A stretch of 64,000 bases of DNA from Thermoanaerobaculia bacterium (GTDB taxonomy: Bacteria; Acidobacteriota; Thermoanaerobaculia; UBA5066), in assembly GCA_963719225.1 (NCBI GenBank), contig CAVRAY010000001.1:2080001-2144000 (forward strand). The letters are read 5' to 3'. The notes below the pieces were generated by a model. The model was not told where the DNA came from and did no database searches. It saw nothing but the letters and a program-made list of their open reading frames with translations. A program made the translations under genes and the position numbers. Positions within the stretch are counted from its first letter, which is position 1. Each line of letters starts with the position of its first letter. This document shows positions 9,790 through 19,551 of the stretch, piece after piece.

Positions 9790-10987
9790 GTCGCACCTCC
9801 GGCTCGCCGAGCGCCGCCATCGCCGCCTCGAATTCCCGCGACTTCGCCTCCGTCTCGCGCCACTCGGCCTCCGCGTTCGAGTCCCACACGATTCCGCCTC
9901 CCGCGTGGTAGTCCACTGTATCCCGGCCGAGGATCGCCGTCCGGATCGCGACGTTGAAAACCGCCCGGCCGTCGCCGCGCACGAATCCCGTGGCTCCGCA
10001 ATACGCGCCGCGCGGCACCGTCTCAAGGTCGCGGATGAACCGCAGCGCCGCGCGCTTCGGCGCCCCCGTGATCGAGCCTCCGGGCAGCGTCGCGCGGAGG
10101 ACGTCGGAAAGCCGCACCTCCGGCCGCAAGCGCGCCTCCACCGTGGATTCCAGGTGATGCAGGTGGCGGAAGGACGTCAGCGTCCTCAGCGCGGTCGTCT
10201 CGACCTGCCCCGGCTCGGCCACCTTGCCGAGATCGTTCCTCAGGAGGTCCACGATCATCACGTTTTCGGCGGCGTCCTTAGGGGAAGTCAGAAGTTCACG
10301 GCGCCGGGCGGCGTCCTCGGCCTCCGTCGCGCCGCGGCCGATCGTGCCCTTGATCGGCTTCGTGACCGCGCGCCGCGCCGCGAGATCCACGTCGAGGAAC
10401 AGCTCCGGCGAGTTCGAGACGACGGCCCAGTCGTCCTCGGCGAGCGTCATGGCGAAGGGCACGGGGTTGTCGCGGTAGAGGGCATGTGCGAGGGCAACGG
10501 GCTCGACGCGTCCCGCGAAGCGCGTGCGGCGCGAGAGATTGACTTGATAGACGTCGCCGCGGGCGATCCCGGCGCGGATGGCCTCGACACCTCTCCTCCA
10601 TGAGTCCGAGGAGAGCACGCGCTCCGCGCGTGCCGGTTCTTTGAAGGTGAATAAAGAAGATTCGGATGGGGATGGCGGCGCGGAACGTTGGACGCCGGAG
10701 CGGCGGCCATCGAAAACGGAGAATTCTGCGAAGGGAAGAAATTCATGCTGCCTGACGAGCCCCGTCGAGCCTTCGAGGAAAACGCCCGCTTCGTAGGAAA
10801 TGAACCCCGCGGCGATGAGGTTCGGATCGCCTGACTCTGCGATTTCGTCCAGCGACGCGAGCACGTCGGGCAGCTGCCGAGGAGTTTCGGCGCGCAGGAT
10901 TCTTTCTTCACCTTCTAAGAAAATCCCGGGTCCTCTTCCCTCTCCCAGTCCCCACCCCTCCCCGTTGAAGAGAACGTTCATGGTCAT
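9779..10987 (-). CDS. pabB: Aminodeoxychorismate synthase component I
   Basis: GDVYQVNLS, SPELFL, PIKGT, KDAAENVMIVDLLRNDLG, PGGSITGAPK, NVAIRT. Confidence 0.85.
   Translation of the reverse strand: MTMNVLFNGEGWGLGEGRGPGIFLEGEERILRAETPRQLPDVLASLDEIAESGDPNLIAAGFISYEAGVFLEGSTGLVRQHEFLPFAEFSVFDGRRSGVQRSAPPSPSESSLFTFKEPARAERVLSSDSWRRGVEAIRAGIARGDVYQVNLSRRTRFAGRVEPVALAHALYRDNPVPFAMTLAEDDWAVVSNSPELFLDVDLAARRAVTKPIKGTIGRGATEAEDAARRRELLTSPKDAAENVMIVDLLRNDLGKVAEPGQVETTALRTLTSFRHLHHLESTVEARLRPEVRLSDVLRATLPGGSITGAPKRAALRFIRDLETVPRGAYCGATGFVRGDGRAVFNVAIRTAILGRDTVDYHAGGGIVWDSNAEAEWRETEAKSREFEAAMAALGEPEVRREP
10898..10960 (-). repeat. Purine-tract/GATTTCTTNGAAAGG motif copy inside the pabB 5' end
   Basis: Minus strand reads GGGAGAGGGAAGAGGACCCGGGATTTTTCTTAGAAGGTGAAGAAAGAA; core 10911-10926. 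Confidence 0.55.
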
Positions 10988-10991
10988 CGTC

Positions 10992-10998
10992 TAGTCTA
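10992..10998. promoter_or_regulatory. Overlapping divergent -10 hexamers (TAGTCT on +, TAGACT on -)
   Basis: Only 10-19 bp separate the divergent pabB and thioesterase starts; TAGACT (-) lies 5 nt before pabB ATG 10987 and TAGTCT (+) lies 9 nt before GTG 11007. Confidence 0.5.
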
Positions 10999-11426
10999 TG
11001 GGGACCGTGAGCTCTTCCCATCCCGCAGTCGAGACCTCCCTCCAGGTGCGCTATGCCGAGACGGACGCGCAGCGCGTCGTCTATCACGCCAACTACATCA
11101 TCTGGTTCGAGGTCGCGCGCACGACTTACTGCGAGCACGCCGGCTACCCCTATCCGCGCATGGAGGCGGAGGGCTCGTTCATCACCGTCACCGAGGCGCA
11201 CGTGCGCTATCGCCGGGCCGTGCGGTACGGAGACACCGTGAAGGTCCGCGCCCGGATGACGGAGCTGAAGAGCCGGGGTTGCACCTTCCACTACGAGATC
11301 GTCCTCCCCGACGGCGCGCTCGCGGCCGAAGGAGAGACGCAGCATCTCTTCCTCGACGCGTCCGGCCGCCCGCGCACCGTGCCCGAGCCGATCTCGAAGG
11401 CCTTCCGGGAGTTCGCGCGGCTCTGA
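10998..11426 (+). CDS. YbgC/4HBT-family acyl-CoA thioesterase (true start may be GTG 11007)
   Basis: VRYAETDAQRVVYHANYIIWFEVAR hotdog-fold motif. Confidence 0.9.
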   Translation: MGTVSSSHPAVETSLQVRYAETDAQRVVYHANYIIWFEVARTTYCEHAGYPYPRMEAEGSFITVTEAHVRYRRAVRYGDTVKVRARMTELKSRGCTFHYEIVLPDGALAAEGETQHLFLDASGRPRTVPEPISKAFREFARL

Positions 11427-11441
11427 AGCGCGGGGACTGGC

Positions 11442-11930
11442 CTACCCGCCGTTCGGCATCTTCCTCTTCAGCGCGCGGTGGACGATGGCCGGGACGAGAC
11501 CCGAGACGTTGCCGCCGAGCTGGTGGACCTGCTTCACGAGGCGGCTCGACGTGTAGGACAGCTCCTCTTTCGGCGTCAGGAAGAGCGTCTCGACCTGGGG
11601 CCCGAGCCGGCGGTTCATGAGCGCCATCTGGAACTCGTGCTCGAAGTCCGACACGGCTCTGAGGCCGCGCACGACGATGCGCGCGTTCTCCTTGCGCATG
11701 AAGTCCACGAGGAGGCCCTTGAACGACTTCACGACGACCTTCGGCTCGCGCCTGAAGATCGCACGCATCATCTGGAGGCGCTCCTCCACGGTGAAGAGCG
11801 GCTCCTTCTCGGTGTCGATGAGGACGGCGACGAGCACCCTGTCGAAGATGCTGCAGCCCCGTCTGATGAGGTCGACGTGGCCGTTCGTCATCGGATCGAA
11901 CGTGCCCGGATAGACGGCGGTGCGCTTCAC
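11442..11930 (-). CDS. coaD: Phosphopantetheine adenylyltransferase
   Basis: YPGTFDPMTNGH, RGLRAVSDFEHE, SSRLVK; GTG start. Confidence 0.96.
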   Translation of the reverse strand: MKRTAVYPGTFDPMTNGHVDLIRRGCSIFDRVLVAVLIDTEKEPLFTVEERLQMMRAIFRREPKVVVKSFKGLLVDFMRKENARIVVRGLRAVSDFEHEFQMALMNRRLGPQVETLFLTPKEELSYTSSRLVKQVHQLGGNVSGLVPAIVHRALKRKMPNGG

Positions 11931-12802
11931 GCGAGCCGGGATTGTACGTCCCCTCGCCGGCCCAGGAACGCGTCGCCAAGCCGTCGAGCCGTCCAGACGA
12001 GGAGGAAGAGAGCGAGCGCGGGCGGCAGGACGCACCACCAGGCGTCCGGAAGGAGATTGCGCGCTTCCGCCAGCGCGCGCCCCCAGGACGCAGTCGGCGG
12101 CGGAGCGCCGAGCCCGAGGAACGACAGTCCCGCCTCCGTGAGAACGGCCGAGCCGAGCACGTACGGCAGCGTCGCGAGCGCCGGAGGAAGCGCATGCGGG
12201 AGGACGTGCACGAGGAGCAGGCGGGCGTTCGACGCGCCCGTCGCCCGCGCCGCGTCGACGAACGCCTCGTTTCGCAGGCGCTGCGTGCCCGCGCGCACGA
12301 GGCGCGCTGCGTCGGTCCACCCGGTCAGGGCGATGAGCAGCGCCGCGACGAGAAAAGACGGGTTCAGGAAAGCCGCGCCCGCGATCACGAGGACGAGAGC
12401 CGGGAGCGCCTGCACGATCTGAAGGAAGAGCAGCACGACGCGGTCCGTTCGACCGCCGGCCCAGCCCGCGAGCGTTCCGAGCGCGGCCCCGAGCCCGAGC
12501 GCGAGCGCGGAAGCGAGGAGTCCCGCCGCGACGGAAAGCCGCGTGCCGTGAAGGACCCGGGAAAGGACGTCGCGGCCGAGCTCGTCGGTTCCCAGGAGGT
12601 GCTGTCTCCCGGGCGCCGCGAGCCGCCGGTCAAGGTCCACCGCATCGGGATCGTACGGGACGGGGGCGCTCACGATCGTCTCGCCGCCGCGTCCGGAGAT
12701 CCACGGTTTTTCGCGGGCGACGACAGGTGCCAGGAGCGCCAGCACGGGAAACAGCGCGAAGGCAAGCCCCGCGCGCCGGAAAGCCCTCCCCGCGGCCGTC
12801 AC
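11927..12802 (-). CDS. Peptide/nickel ABC transporter permease (OppC/DppC-like)
   Basis: HLLGTDELGRDVLSR, EAA-like loop (FVDAARATGAS), EAGLSFLGLG..SWG; GTG overlaps the upstream TGA. Confidence 0.92.
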   Translation of the reverse strand: MTAAGRAFRRAGLAFALFPVLALLAPVVAREKPWISGRGGETIVSAPVPYDPDAVDLDRRLAAPGRQHLLGTDELGRDVLSRVLHGTRLSVAAGLLASALALGLGAALGTLAGWAGGRTDRVVLLFLQIVQALPALVLVIAGAAFLNPSFLVAALLIALTGWTDAARLVRAGTQRLRNEAFVDAARATGASNARLLLVHVLPHALPPALATLPYVLGSAVLTEAGLSFLGLGAPPPTASWGRALAEARNLLPDAWWCVLPPALALFLLVWTARRLGDAFLGRRGDVQSRLA

Positions 12803-13770
12803 GCCGTTACTCCCGGCAGCGCGACGTTTCCCTCGCGGGCGATCCGCGGGTCGAGCGCCGCCGCGACGAGATCGGCTGCGAAGGAGGCGGCCACGACCAC
12901 CATCGCCGAGCACCACGTGAGCGCCAGAACCGTCGGGAGGTCGCGCGCGAAGACGGCTTCGGCCAGGAGTCCTCCCGCCCCCGGCAGCGAGAAGACCCTC
13001 TCCACGAGGATCGAGCCGGAGACGACGGAGGGCACGAGAACGGCACCCATCGCGGCGAAGGCCGCGGACGAGCGCCTGAGGGCGCGCCGGACCTCCTCGG
13101 ACGGGCTCTCTCCGCGCGCGCGTCCCGCGAGGGCGGCGGGGTCCGCAAGCGCAGCCGCCATGCAGACCCTGACGAAGCGCGCGACGAGCGCGAGCGATGC
13201 CAGCGAAAGGGTCGCGACCGGAAGCAGGAATCCGCGCGCTCCGGACTCCGCGTCGGCGAAGAGAGGCGTGATGCGGAGCCATCCCGAGAACACGAGCAGC
13301 AGAACGAGTCCGAGGACGAACGTCGGAGTCGAGAAGAAGGCGTCGCAGACGAAGCCGGAAATCCTGTCCAGCCGCCCGCCCGGACGCCGCGCCGCGGCGA
13401 TGCCGAGCGGAACGCCGATCAGGCACGCGAGGAGGAGGGCGGACCCATTCAGCGCCAACGTCGCCGGGAGAGCGCGCGCGATCCGATGCGTCACCGGCTG
13501 GCCGTCGACGAGCGAACGCCCGAAATCGAGACGCGCGGCCCGCCAGACCCAGGTCACGAAGCGCTCGACGAGCGGGCGGTCGAGGCCGTAGAGATGCCGG
13601 AACGCCGCCAGGGCGTCGGGCGAGACCGACGTCGCGCGGTTTCCGGCCGCGCGCGCGGCGAGGGCCGCCGCGTCGCCGGGTGCCGCCGCGACGAGCCCGA
13701 AGACGAGCGCGAGAACTCCGAGCAGGGTCAGGACCGCCGAGACGGACCGGTGGAGCGCAAAACGGATCAC
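12799..13770 (-). CDS. Peptide/nickel ABC transporter permease (OppB/DppB-like)
   Basis: APGD, YGLDRP, DFGRS, LPATL, ERVFSLPG, RDLP. Confidence 0.9.
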   Translation of the reverse strand: MIRFALHRSVSAVLTLLGVLALVFGLVAAAPGDAAALAARAAGNRATSVSPDALAAFRHLYGLDRPLVERFVTWVWRAARLDFGRSLVDGQPVTHRIARALPATLALNGSALLLACLIGVPLGIAAARRPGGRLDRISGFVCDAFFSTPTFVLGLVLLLVFSGWLRITPLFADAESGARGFLLPVATLSLASLALVARFVRVCMAAALADPAALAGRARGESPSEEVRRALRRSSAAFAAMGAVLVPSVVSGSILVERVFSLPGAGGLLAEAVFARDLPTVLALTWCSAMVVVAASFAADLVAAALDPRIAREGNVALPGVTA

Positions 13771-13803
13771 TCGGGAGATGTTACTTGGCGGCGCCGGGGC
13801 GCC

Positions 13804-15396
13804 CTACGAGATCGGCCTCGTGGTCGTGCTCGTCCGCCAGGCGGCCGCTCCCGGCCAATACAGGAAAAGGCCGATCGGCGAGGTCTTCACGTTCGTCAGG
13901 CGCGACGAGATCCCCCACTTGATGAGCGGCACGTTCAGGAACGTGACCGGCTCGTCCTCGTGGATCAGAACCTGAACGCGCGCGAGGAGCGCGCGCGCCT
14001 CTTCCCTGTCGAACGTCGTCTTGAGGCGGTCGAGGACCGCGTCCACCTCGGGGTTCCGGTAAAACGCCGAGTTCATGCCGGTGGGCGGCTTCTGGGTGGA
14101 GTGCCAGCTGACGGCGAGGTCGGGGTTCGGATCCAGGTTCAGGGCCGCCGCCCAGGCATCGCACTCTCCGGCGTCCATCTTCGCCCCGAAGGCCGCCCAC
14201 TCCAGAGGCTGGATCGCCATCTCGATGCCGGCGTTCCGGTAGGACTGCTGCGCCAGCTCCACGATCTGGCGCTGGATGTCGCTCCCCATCCCGAGCGAGA
14301 GCGTGAAGCTGAGTCGCACGTTTCCCTTGCGCCGCGTGCCGTCCGGACCCTTGCGAAATCCGGCCTCGTCCAGGAGAGCCTCGGCCGCTTTCGGGTCGTA
14401 GGGCCACGGTGCCAGCGAGGCGTTCCAGGCCCAGTGCGCGGGCGGCAGGGGCCCGTTCGCGACCTTCGCAAGTCCCCCGAAGAGGTTGCGATCGATGCTC
14501 TCGCGGTCCACGAGCATCGTGAGGGCACGCCTCACGCGGCGGTCGGCGAAGACCGGCAGCCGGTTGTTCCAACCGAGATAGGAATACGACAGCTCGTCGA
14601 ACGTCACGACGCGGGGCGCGCCGGCCGTCCCGGCGTTCGCGTCCAGCTCCTTCTTCTGCGCGAACGTGACTTTCATCTCGTCGAGGGCGGCGCCCCTCAG
14701 CGCCGCGAAGGCCGAGGCATTCTCGGGCACGACGCGGAAGATCACCTGCTCCGGATCGGGCTTCTCCCCGAAGTACTGCGTGTTGCGCACGAGAGTCAGC
14801 GTCCTGCCCGCCTCCCAGGACCCGAGGCGGTAAGGGCCGTTCGCGAGCGGGTTCCGGTTGCGTGCGTGCGTCGCGACGTCCCCGCCCGCCCACGCGGCGG
14901 CGGAGAGGAGCGGAAGGTTGAAGGCGTCGCGGCGCCCGGAAGAGGCTGCGTTGAAGACGACCCGCGCGGTTCGGGGATCCACGGCCTCGGCTTTCACGAA
15001 ACCGTCGAAGAGCGTCCGGCGGGCGAGCGCGGGCGTTTTCGGGTCGAGGAGCGCCGTGAGCGTGAAGACGACGTCCCCGGAGGTGACCGGCGTGCCGTCC
15101 TCCCAGAGGGCGTCCTTTCGGAGGCGGATCGTGTACACGAGATGGTCGGGCGACGCGGAAACCTCCTCCGCGAGGCCCGGCACGAGGTTCAGCTTCTCGT
15201 CGTAGTCGAGCAGGTTCCGCTCGAGGAGCGCGAGAACGACCTGCTCGGGATCCGTCGTGGTGAGGATCGGGTTGAGCGTCTTCGGCTCCCCGTCGAGGCG
15301 GCGCCGGACGACGCTCTCCTGGCTCTTCCCGCGCACGCCGCAGCCGGAGAGGACCACGAGAGCCGCGAGGACGGCCGCCCTCCTCAGAACGGCCAC
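13804..15396 (-). CDS. Family 5 ABC substrate-binding lipoprotein (OppA/AppA-like)
   Basis: Lipobox LSGC; EPKTLNP, WEDGTPVTSGDVVFT, NGPY, DRRVRRAL; start inferred at GTG 15396. Confidence 0.9.
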   Translation of the reverse strand: MAVLRRAAVLAALVVLSGCGVRGKSQESVVRRRLDGEPKTLNPILTTTDPEQVVLALLERNLLDYDEKLNLVPGLAEEVSASPDHLVYTIRLRKDALWEDGTPVTSGDVVFTLTALLDPKTPALARRTLFDGFVKAEAVDPRTARVVFNAASSGRRDAFNLPLLSAAAWAGGDVATHARNRNPLANGPYRLGSWEAGRTLTLVRNTQYFGEKPDPEQVIFRVVPENASAFAALRGAALDEMKVTFAQKKELDANAGTAGAPRVVTFDELSYSYLGWNNRLPVFADRRVRRALTMLVDRESIDRNLFGGLAKVANGPLPPAHWAWNASLAPWPYDPKAAEALLDEAGFRKGPDGTRRKGNVRLSFTLSLGMGSDIQRQIVELAQQSYRNAGIEMAIQPLEWAAFGAKMDAGECDAWAAALNLDPNPDLAVSWHSTQKPPTGMNSAFYRNPEVDAVLDRLKTTFDREEARALLARVQVLIHEDEPVTFLNVPLIKWGISSRLTNVKTSPIGLFLYWPGAAAWRTSTTTRPIS

Positions 15397-17612
15397 TCCA
15401 CCGAAACCGCCGCGACGTTGCCGGCGACGTCCAGGACGCGCATCGAGAGCACCGCGGGCCCGGACGGCTTCGGGACACGGAAGGAGAAACGTTCCACGGG
15501 AGAGTCGGCCGCGCCGTCCTCGGCCGGAAGGAGGCGCCAGCGGTCCGCGTTCACGGCGCCTTCGGCCTTCGTGACGGGCGAAAGCGCGTCGGTGGCGAGA
15601 ACCGTCACGACGATCGAATCCCCTGCGAGCCTTCGCGACTCGACCTTCAGGACGGGAGGGGTGTTGTCGATGACGACGACTCCGCTCTCCTCCCGGGCCG
15701 TCAGCGCCTCGTTCTCGGGTTGCGACAGCCGATCCGAGGCGCCCACGCGAAAGCGGTAGCGGCCGTCCGGGAGCGCCGTGGTGTCGAACGACAGGAACGA
15801 GTCCTCGAGCTCCTTGCGCACGAGGAACCACGCGGAACCGCCCTCCCGGCGCGCCTCCACCTCGTAACGCACCGCGTCGCCGTTCGGGTCCGTGCCTTTC
15901 CACGTGAGCGTCCTGTAGCCCTTCCGGAAAAGCCGCCTTCCGGGGCCCTCGGCCGTGACCTCGTGCGGAGCCTCGAGTCCGGCGTAGATGCCGTTCTCGT
16001 CGGGATTCGCCACGGAGAGGATCGCGGATCCGGCGGTGCCGCGCGAAAAGACCGCGCCCGGCTCGAGGACGGCGAGGTTCTCCAGGACCGGCCGCGCGTT
16101 CCGTTCCGTGTACGAAAGCTCCGCGCGCTCGACGACCGGCGATTCCCCCTTCCCGGACGCGGTCAGCTCGGCCTTCCATTGGAAAAAGCGCGCGACGGGA
16201 GGCTTCGCGGCACCGTCCGGGCCGACCGGCACCCAGGCCGACCAGGTGGCATCGGGCTTTTCCGAATTCCCCGTCCGCACGAAGAGCGCGAGACCGGCTC
16301 CCGCGGGCACGCCCGCCTCTGCGCGGAGCCGCCCGAACGTGGACAGGCGAAGCCCGTCCTTGACGGCGGACGTGAACGTGCCGGACGCCGGACGGCCCGC
16401 AGGCGAGGGTCTGAGGATTCCCGGAGATCCCATGGTCACGACGGCGAAGCCCGACGCTGACGCGGGGATCGCCAGCGTCAGCTTCTCGCCCGTCGAAGCC
16501 ACGAGCCGCACCCGGCGATCTTTCCATTCGTACACGCGCCCGCGCGGGCCGGTCGCGACGAGCAGCGCGCCGCCTGAGTCGAGGCGCAGCGCGAAAACGG
16601 ACTCCTCCGGAAAGAGCCAGCCGGGCTCGACGAAGCCGTCCGGCTGAATCACGACGATTTCCGAGCTGCTCGTGGAGCGCGGCTCGACATGAGGTCGCGC
16701 CAGGGACGTCGAAGCGGCCACCGACACCGAGCCGCGGGGACTTTCCTCCGCGCGTCCCGGCGGCGGCGTCGGCGTGGGCGAAGGCCGAGGCCCCGGCTCG
16801 ACCGGGGCCGGCCGGCCCGCCGAAGCGTCGAGCTGCGAGGCCGCTGCATAGATGACGCCGCGAGCGTCGACGGCAATGGCGGAAACCTCGGCGCGGGAGA
16901 AGTCGTGCAGCGTTCGCGGGCTGCCATGAACGGGCAACGCGACGAGAAGACCGCGGTCGGATGTTCCCGCGTACACGGTGCCGTCCGGGCCCACGGCGAG
17001 CGTCCTCACGTGGACATCCTCGATCTCGTGGAAGAGCTCGAACGGCCCCGAGGGCGCCTTGCGATAGACGCGGCCTTTGTTTCCGGTCCCCGCGTAGAGC
17101 GTTCCGTCCTTCGCGAACGCGAGCGCCCAGATCGCGGCCTCCTTCGGCTCGGCGATGACGATTCCGGCTTCGGAGGGATCCGTCGCCTTCGGATCGACCC
17201 GGTAGATCTTCCCGTTCGGAGACGACGCGCACACGACGAATCCGTCCGGCGCCACCGCGACCGCCGTGATGTTCGGCTCCGGCGCCAGGAAGAGAAGTGT
17301 CACCTTCGCGTCCGTGGAAACGAAAAGGCGGCCGAGGCCCCCGCCCGTGGCGACGAACACGCGGCCGGAGGGGTCCGCTGCTGCGCCGAAGACGGCCGCG
17401 TCGTTCGCGTCGTCGGGCCAGGCGCGCGCGGCGAGCCCCGCGCCGAGCGTGAGCTTCCCGTCGGCGGAGACGGCAACCCCCTTCGTCTCTCCGGCGAGAA
17501 AGTCGCGCGCGCCGGACGTGACGGCGATGCGGGGCGTTCCGGCGGCCAGCGGGCGCGCCGTGAGGAACACCGCGGCGAAGGCGAAGGAAAGAGCACGCGG
17601 GGAAAATCGCAT
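15384..17612 (-). CDS. Secreted beta-propeller repeat protein with C-terminal Ig/FN3-like domains
   Basis: Signal peptide; repeated W-x-L-A...DGT(L/V)YAGT blades; Pro-rich linker; WKGTDPNGD, LPDGRY, IDNTPP. Confidence 0.7.
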   Translation of the reverse strand: MRFSPRALSFAFAAVFLTARPLAAGTPRIAVTSGARDFLAGETKGVAVSADGKLTLGAGLAARAWPDDANDAAVFGAAADPSGRVFVATGGGLGRLFVSTDAKVTLLFLAPEPNITAVAVAPDGFVVCASSPNGKIYRVDPKATDPSEAGIVIAEPKEAAIWALAFAKDGTLYAGTGNKGRVYRKAPSGPFELFHEIEDVHVRTLAVGPDGTVYAGTSDRGLLVALPVHGSPRTLHDFSRAEVSAIAVDARGVIYAAASQLDASAGRPAPVEPGPRPSPTPTPPPGRAEESPRGSVSVAASTSLARPHVEPRSTSSSEIVVIQPDGFVEPGWLFPEESVFALRLDSGGALLVATGPRGRVYEWKDRRVRLVASTGEKLTLAIPASASGFAVVTMGSPGILRPSPAGRPASGTFTSAVKDGLRLSTFGRLRAEAGVPAGAGLALFVRTGNSEKPDATWSAWVPVGPDGAAKPPVARFFQWKAELTASGKGESPVVERAELSYTERNARPVLENLAVLEPGAVFSRGTAGSAILSVANPDENGIYAGLEAPHEVTAEGPGRRLFRKGYRTLTWKGTDPNGDAVRYEVEARREGGSAWFLVRKELEDSFLSFDTTALPDGRYRFRVGASDRLSQPENEALTAREESGVVVIDNTPPVLKVESRRLAGDSIVVTVLATDALSPVTKAEGAVNADRWRLLPAEDGAADSPVERFSFRVPKPSGPAVLSMRVLDVAGNVAAVSVEWPF

Positions 17613-19481
17613 TTACGAGCGGGGCCTTTCTACCTCGACCTCGAGGCGCACGGAACCGGACATCGGCCGGTCGAGGGTGACGAACTCCTCGGCGAGGATG
17701 CGGATCGGAACCGACGTACGCGCGCTCGCGTCTCCCCCTTCGGACAGAACGAGTGCGAACGTGGGTGGCAGCGCGCTGAAGGTACCGTCTCCCGTCGTCG
17801 TCCCTCGCGTCGGAACGACGAAGAGGGCGCCCAGCCGGTCCGCCGGCACGAGGCGCGCGAGCGCCGCGCGCATTCCGGCGAGCGAGCGCGGCTCCGCGGG
17901 TTGCGCGGCGAGGCGCGCGGCCGAGGCGGCATTGCCGTCTCCCACGATGACGATGGCGCGGCCCTCGGGCGTTTCCCTGGGAACCGTCAGCGACAGGACG
18001 CGCGTCTCCTCGCGCCCGCGGCGGTCGGCGAGCCTCACGGTGGCGCGCAGCGCTTGTCCCGGCGCGACCTTGCGGGCCGAAAGAGCGGCTCCGACGATGC
18101 GGAGGCGCTTTTCGCCGGGGGCGCTCGCGATCGAGATGTCCACGCCGGAGAGCTGGGGATCCTCGAACTCGTTCTGGGCGACGAGTCCCATGAGGACGTT
18201 CGCCGTCAGGAGCGCGAGCTCCTTCGCGCGCGGGCCGGTCATCTGGTCCGCATAGACGAACGGCCCCGCTGCCGTGCCGACCGAGACGCGAACGTTCAGA
18301 GTCCGGTCGGACGGGGTCGGGTCGAGCGTCGTGAAGGCGGCGTCCGTCGAGATCGAGACGAGGGCGGGGAGAAGCGCCGCTTCTCTCGCAATCCCCCAGG
18401 AGAGGGTGCGCGCGGGCCTTCCTTCCGACTCGAGCCGGAAATGCACCGGCAGGAGGGAAGGCGCCCGGTCCGAGCGACCCGCGATACCGCTGTCGCGGTC
18501 GTGCGTCAGGCGGTAGGCCGGCGCCAGGGCATACGCCATCTTGAAGGAGAGCATCGCGCTCGGAAAGACGGCCACGACTTCGGCCGGAGCGACCGGGAGC
18601 TCGATCGTTCCCGCACCCAGGAACGGATGGCCGAAGGCTAGAAAGTGTCCCAGGCCGTCCACGCGCGTCACGGTGCCGGTGGCGCCGAGCTGCAGGTCCC
18701 CGTCGACGAGGAGAGCCGTGACCGCGGAGCCGGGCGCGATGGGCGCCGCCGGACGCGCCCGCTCGGCTTCCTGAAGAGCCGTCCCGGGGAGCGCCGGAAT
18801 CTCGCCCGAGACGAGCGAAGCGGGAAGGCCGAGTCGCCCGAGGTCTCTTCCCCACCGCGCGAGCGTCTCGGCCGGAAATCCCGTCGCGACCGGCGCGAGC
18901 AGCGAGGCCTGCGCGCGCGCCGGCAGGGCGGGACGCGCGTCCACGATCTTCTGAAAAGCCGCGAGACGCTCCTCCTCGGGCTGGGCCAGCGCCTGGACGA
19001 AAGCGGAAAACCCCGTGCCCCCGGAGGTCGACCGAACGCGATGTCCCGTTCCCGCCGGCGCGTCCCCCGTGTCGATCGCCAGCATCGACTCGATCGGCGT
19101 GACCGCCCCGATGGGTTCCTTGGAGAATCCCCACGTGGCCGCCACGGCTCCCGCGAGACGCCCGTCGAGATAGACGGGGCTTCCGCTCATTCCCGCGAGG
19201 ATGCCGGTCTTTTCGAGGCCGAGCCCGGAGACGCGCACGATGATCTGCGAGCGACCGAGCGAGTTCGGGACGACACCGAGCACCTCGACGTCGAACCTCT
19301 CCACGGCGGACCCGCGGAGAACGGTCAGCCCGTAACCCTTCATCCCGGCCTTGACGGCGGTGAGCGGCAGGACGTCCGCGGGGAGCGACGCCGCCGGAGA
19401 TGCCGTCGCGAAGCTCATCGAAAGAGCCGCGACGAGGGCCGCCGAAAGCTTCCAACGCTTTGACCGGCTTGAAGATTCCAT
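17613..19481 (-). CDS. SpoIVB/peptidase S55 domain protein, secreted
   Basis: GMKGYGLTV, GILAGMSGSPVY (S55 Ser motif), GTVT, AFGHPF; hydrophobic signal after MESSSRSKRWK. Confidence 0.85.
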   Translation of the reverse strand: MESSSRSKRWKLSAALVAALSMSFATASPAASLPADVLPLTAVKAGMKGYGLTVLRGSAVERFDVEVLGVVPNSLGRSQIIVRVSGLGLEKTGILAGMSGSPVYLDGRLAGAVAATWGFSKEPIGAVTPIESMLAIDTGDAPAGTGHRVRSTSGGTGFSAFVQALAQPEEERLAAFQKIVDARPALPARAQASLLAPVATGFPAETLARWGRDLGRLGLPASLVSGEIPALPGTALQEAERARPAAPIAPGSAVTALLVDGDLQLGATGTVTRVDGLGHFLAFGHPFLGAGTIELPVAPAEVVAVFPSAMLSFKMAYALAPAYRLTHDRDSGIAGRSDRAPSLLPVHFRLESEGRPARTLSWGIAREAALLPALVSISTDAAFTTLDPTPSDRTLNVRVSVGTAAGPFVYADQMTGPRAKELALLTANVLMGLVAQNEFEDPQLSGVDISIASAPGEKRLRIVGAALSARKVAPGQALRATVRLADRRGREETRVLSLTVPRETPEGRAIVIVGDGNAASAARLAAQPAEPRSLAGMRAALARLVPADRLGALFVVPTRGTTTGDGTFSALPPTFALVLSEGGDASARTSVPIRILAEEFVTLDRPMSGSVRLEVEVERPRS

Positions 19482-19551
19482 GCTACCTTGACGAGACGGC
19501 CCGAGGCGGGTCCGTCGCGGAACCCATCCCGAGAGGGAGTCACCTGAACGC

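Noticed and set aside
12727-15759. 1010 aa plus-strand ORF (likewise 49007-52009, 29391-31703, 39026-41215)
   Set aside because: Antisense or off-frame shadows of well-supported genes; no motifs and biased composition.
13804-19455. 1883 aa ORF suggesting a giant fusion protein
   Set aside because: Only the last ~530 aa (from GTG 15396, lipobox LSGC) look like protein. The rest is an Arg/Gly/Pro-rich off-frame read of the S55 and propeller genes, expected in GC-rich DNA.
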